Position numbers and translations under genes: made by a program
Part shown: in pieces, positions 63,830 through 64,000 of the stretch
Position numbering within the stretch: the first letter of the stretch is position 1
How the letters are laid out: each line of letters begins with the position of its first letter
Source: an uncultured Methanosarcinales archaeon
Lineage (GTDB): Archaea > Nanobdellota > Nanobdellia > Woesearchaeales > GW2011-AR4
NCBI GenBank assembly: GCA_964585935.1
Contig: CAZPFO010000004.1
Coordinates: 779 to 64,778 of the forward strand
DNA: 64,000 bases
Direction: 5' to 3'
Notes under the pieces: generated by a model
The model's database searches: none
What the model was told of the DNA's origin: nothing
What the model saw: only the letters and a program-made list of their open reading frames with translations

Positions 63830-64000
63830 ATGCCAAATGTAAACACAATAAAATTCCTGGATAGATACATCGGCAATGTTATCTGTTTTATTTTGTCTTT
63901 TTTTAAATTATTTTCTAAAAAAGATGTTAAGATAAAAAAAATATTAATTATACAGTTGTGGGGCATTGGCGAGTCTGTTTTGACCCTTCCCTCAATCAAT
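63830..64000 (+). CDS. glycosyltransferase family 9-like protein, 5' fragment (runs off the window)
   Basis: ATG at 63830. KKILIIQLWGIGESVLTLPSIN resembles the ILIIRLgaiGDvvlttP N-terminus of GT9 enzymes. Not in the ORF track. Confidence 0.45.
   Translation, partial: MPNVNTIKFLDRYIGNVICFILSFFKLFSKKDVKIKKILIIQLWGIGESVLTLPSIN

Overview
AT-rich archaeal chromosome segment. Archaeal hallmarks are prefoldin beta, ribosomal protein L40e, AglB/STT3, class III (type IV pilin-like) signal peptides and an intron-bearing tRNA. The gene content and compact, overlapping genes suggest an uncultivated DPANN-like archaeon; this taxonomic guess is inference only. About 62 protein genes are supportable. Housekeeping genes: pfdB, UPF0147, rpl40e, an M50 site-2 protease, ppsA, pcm, the nadA-nadC-nadX NAD operon, topA, ahcY, a YggS-like protein, Lrp/AsnC, a Memo-like protein and a geranylgeranyl reductase. 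Accessory and envelope regions: (i) an accessory islet at about 19.2-23.2 kb; here an MNT/HEPN toxin-antitoxin cassette lies between a 35-bp exact direct repeat created by duplication of the 3' end of a PLD-family gene, followed by a membrane protein, a second HEPN-like (RNDVMH) protein and a wHTH gene framed by 15-bp perfect inverted repeats. (ii) An ATP-grasp/GNAT/two GATase-like/AlaDH-like cluster at 23.2-27.4 kb. (iii) An 11-kb archaeal type IV pilus locus at 32.7-43.4 kb with seven pilin-like genes, including an 887-aa vWA pilin-like protein. (iv) A 13-kb block of minus-strand surface-protein genes at 44.4-57.8 kb, including a 1730-aa sequon-saturated giant. (v) An aglB-GT2-DUF2304-GT9 glycosylation cluster. 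RNA-level signals: tRNA-Trp(CCA) with two introns, a nested-helix structured element of about 210 nt between Lrp and ahcY, a tandem array of perfect triloop hairpins at 10.1 kb, and a GC-rich island at 57.9 kb. I saw no rRNA, CRISPR array, intact transposase or integrase. All family calls come from motif recognition by eye, not database searches.
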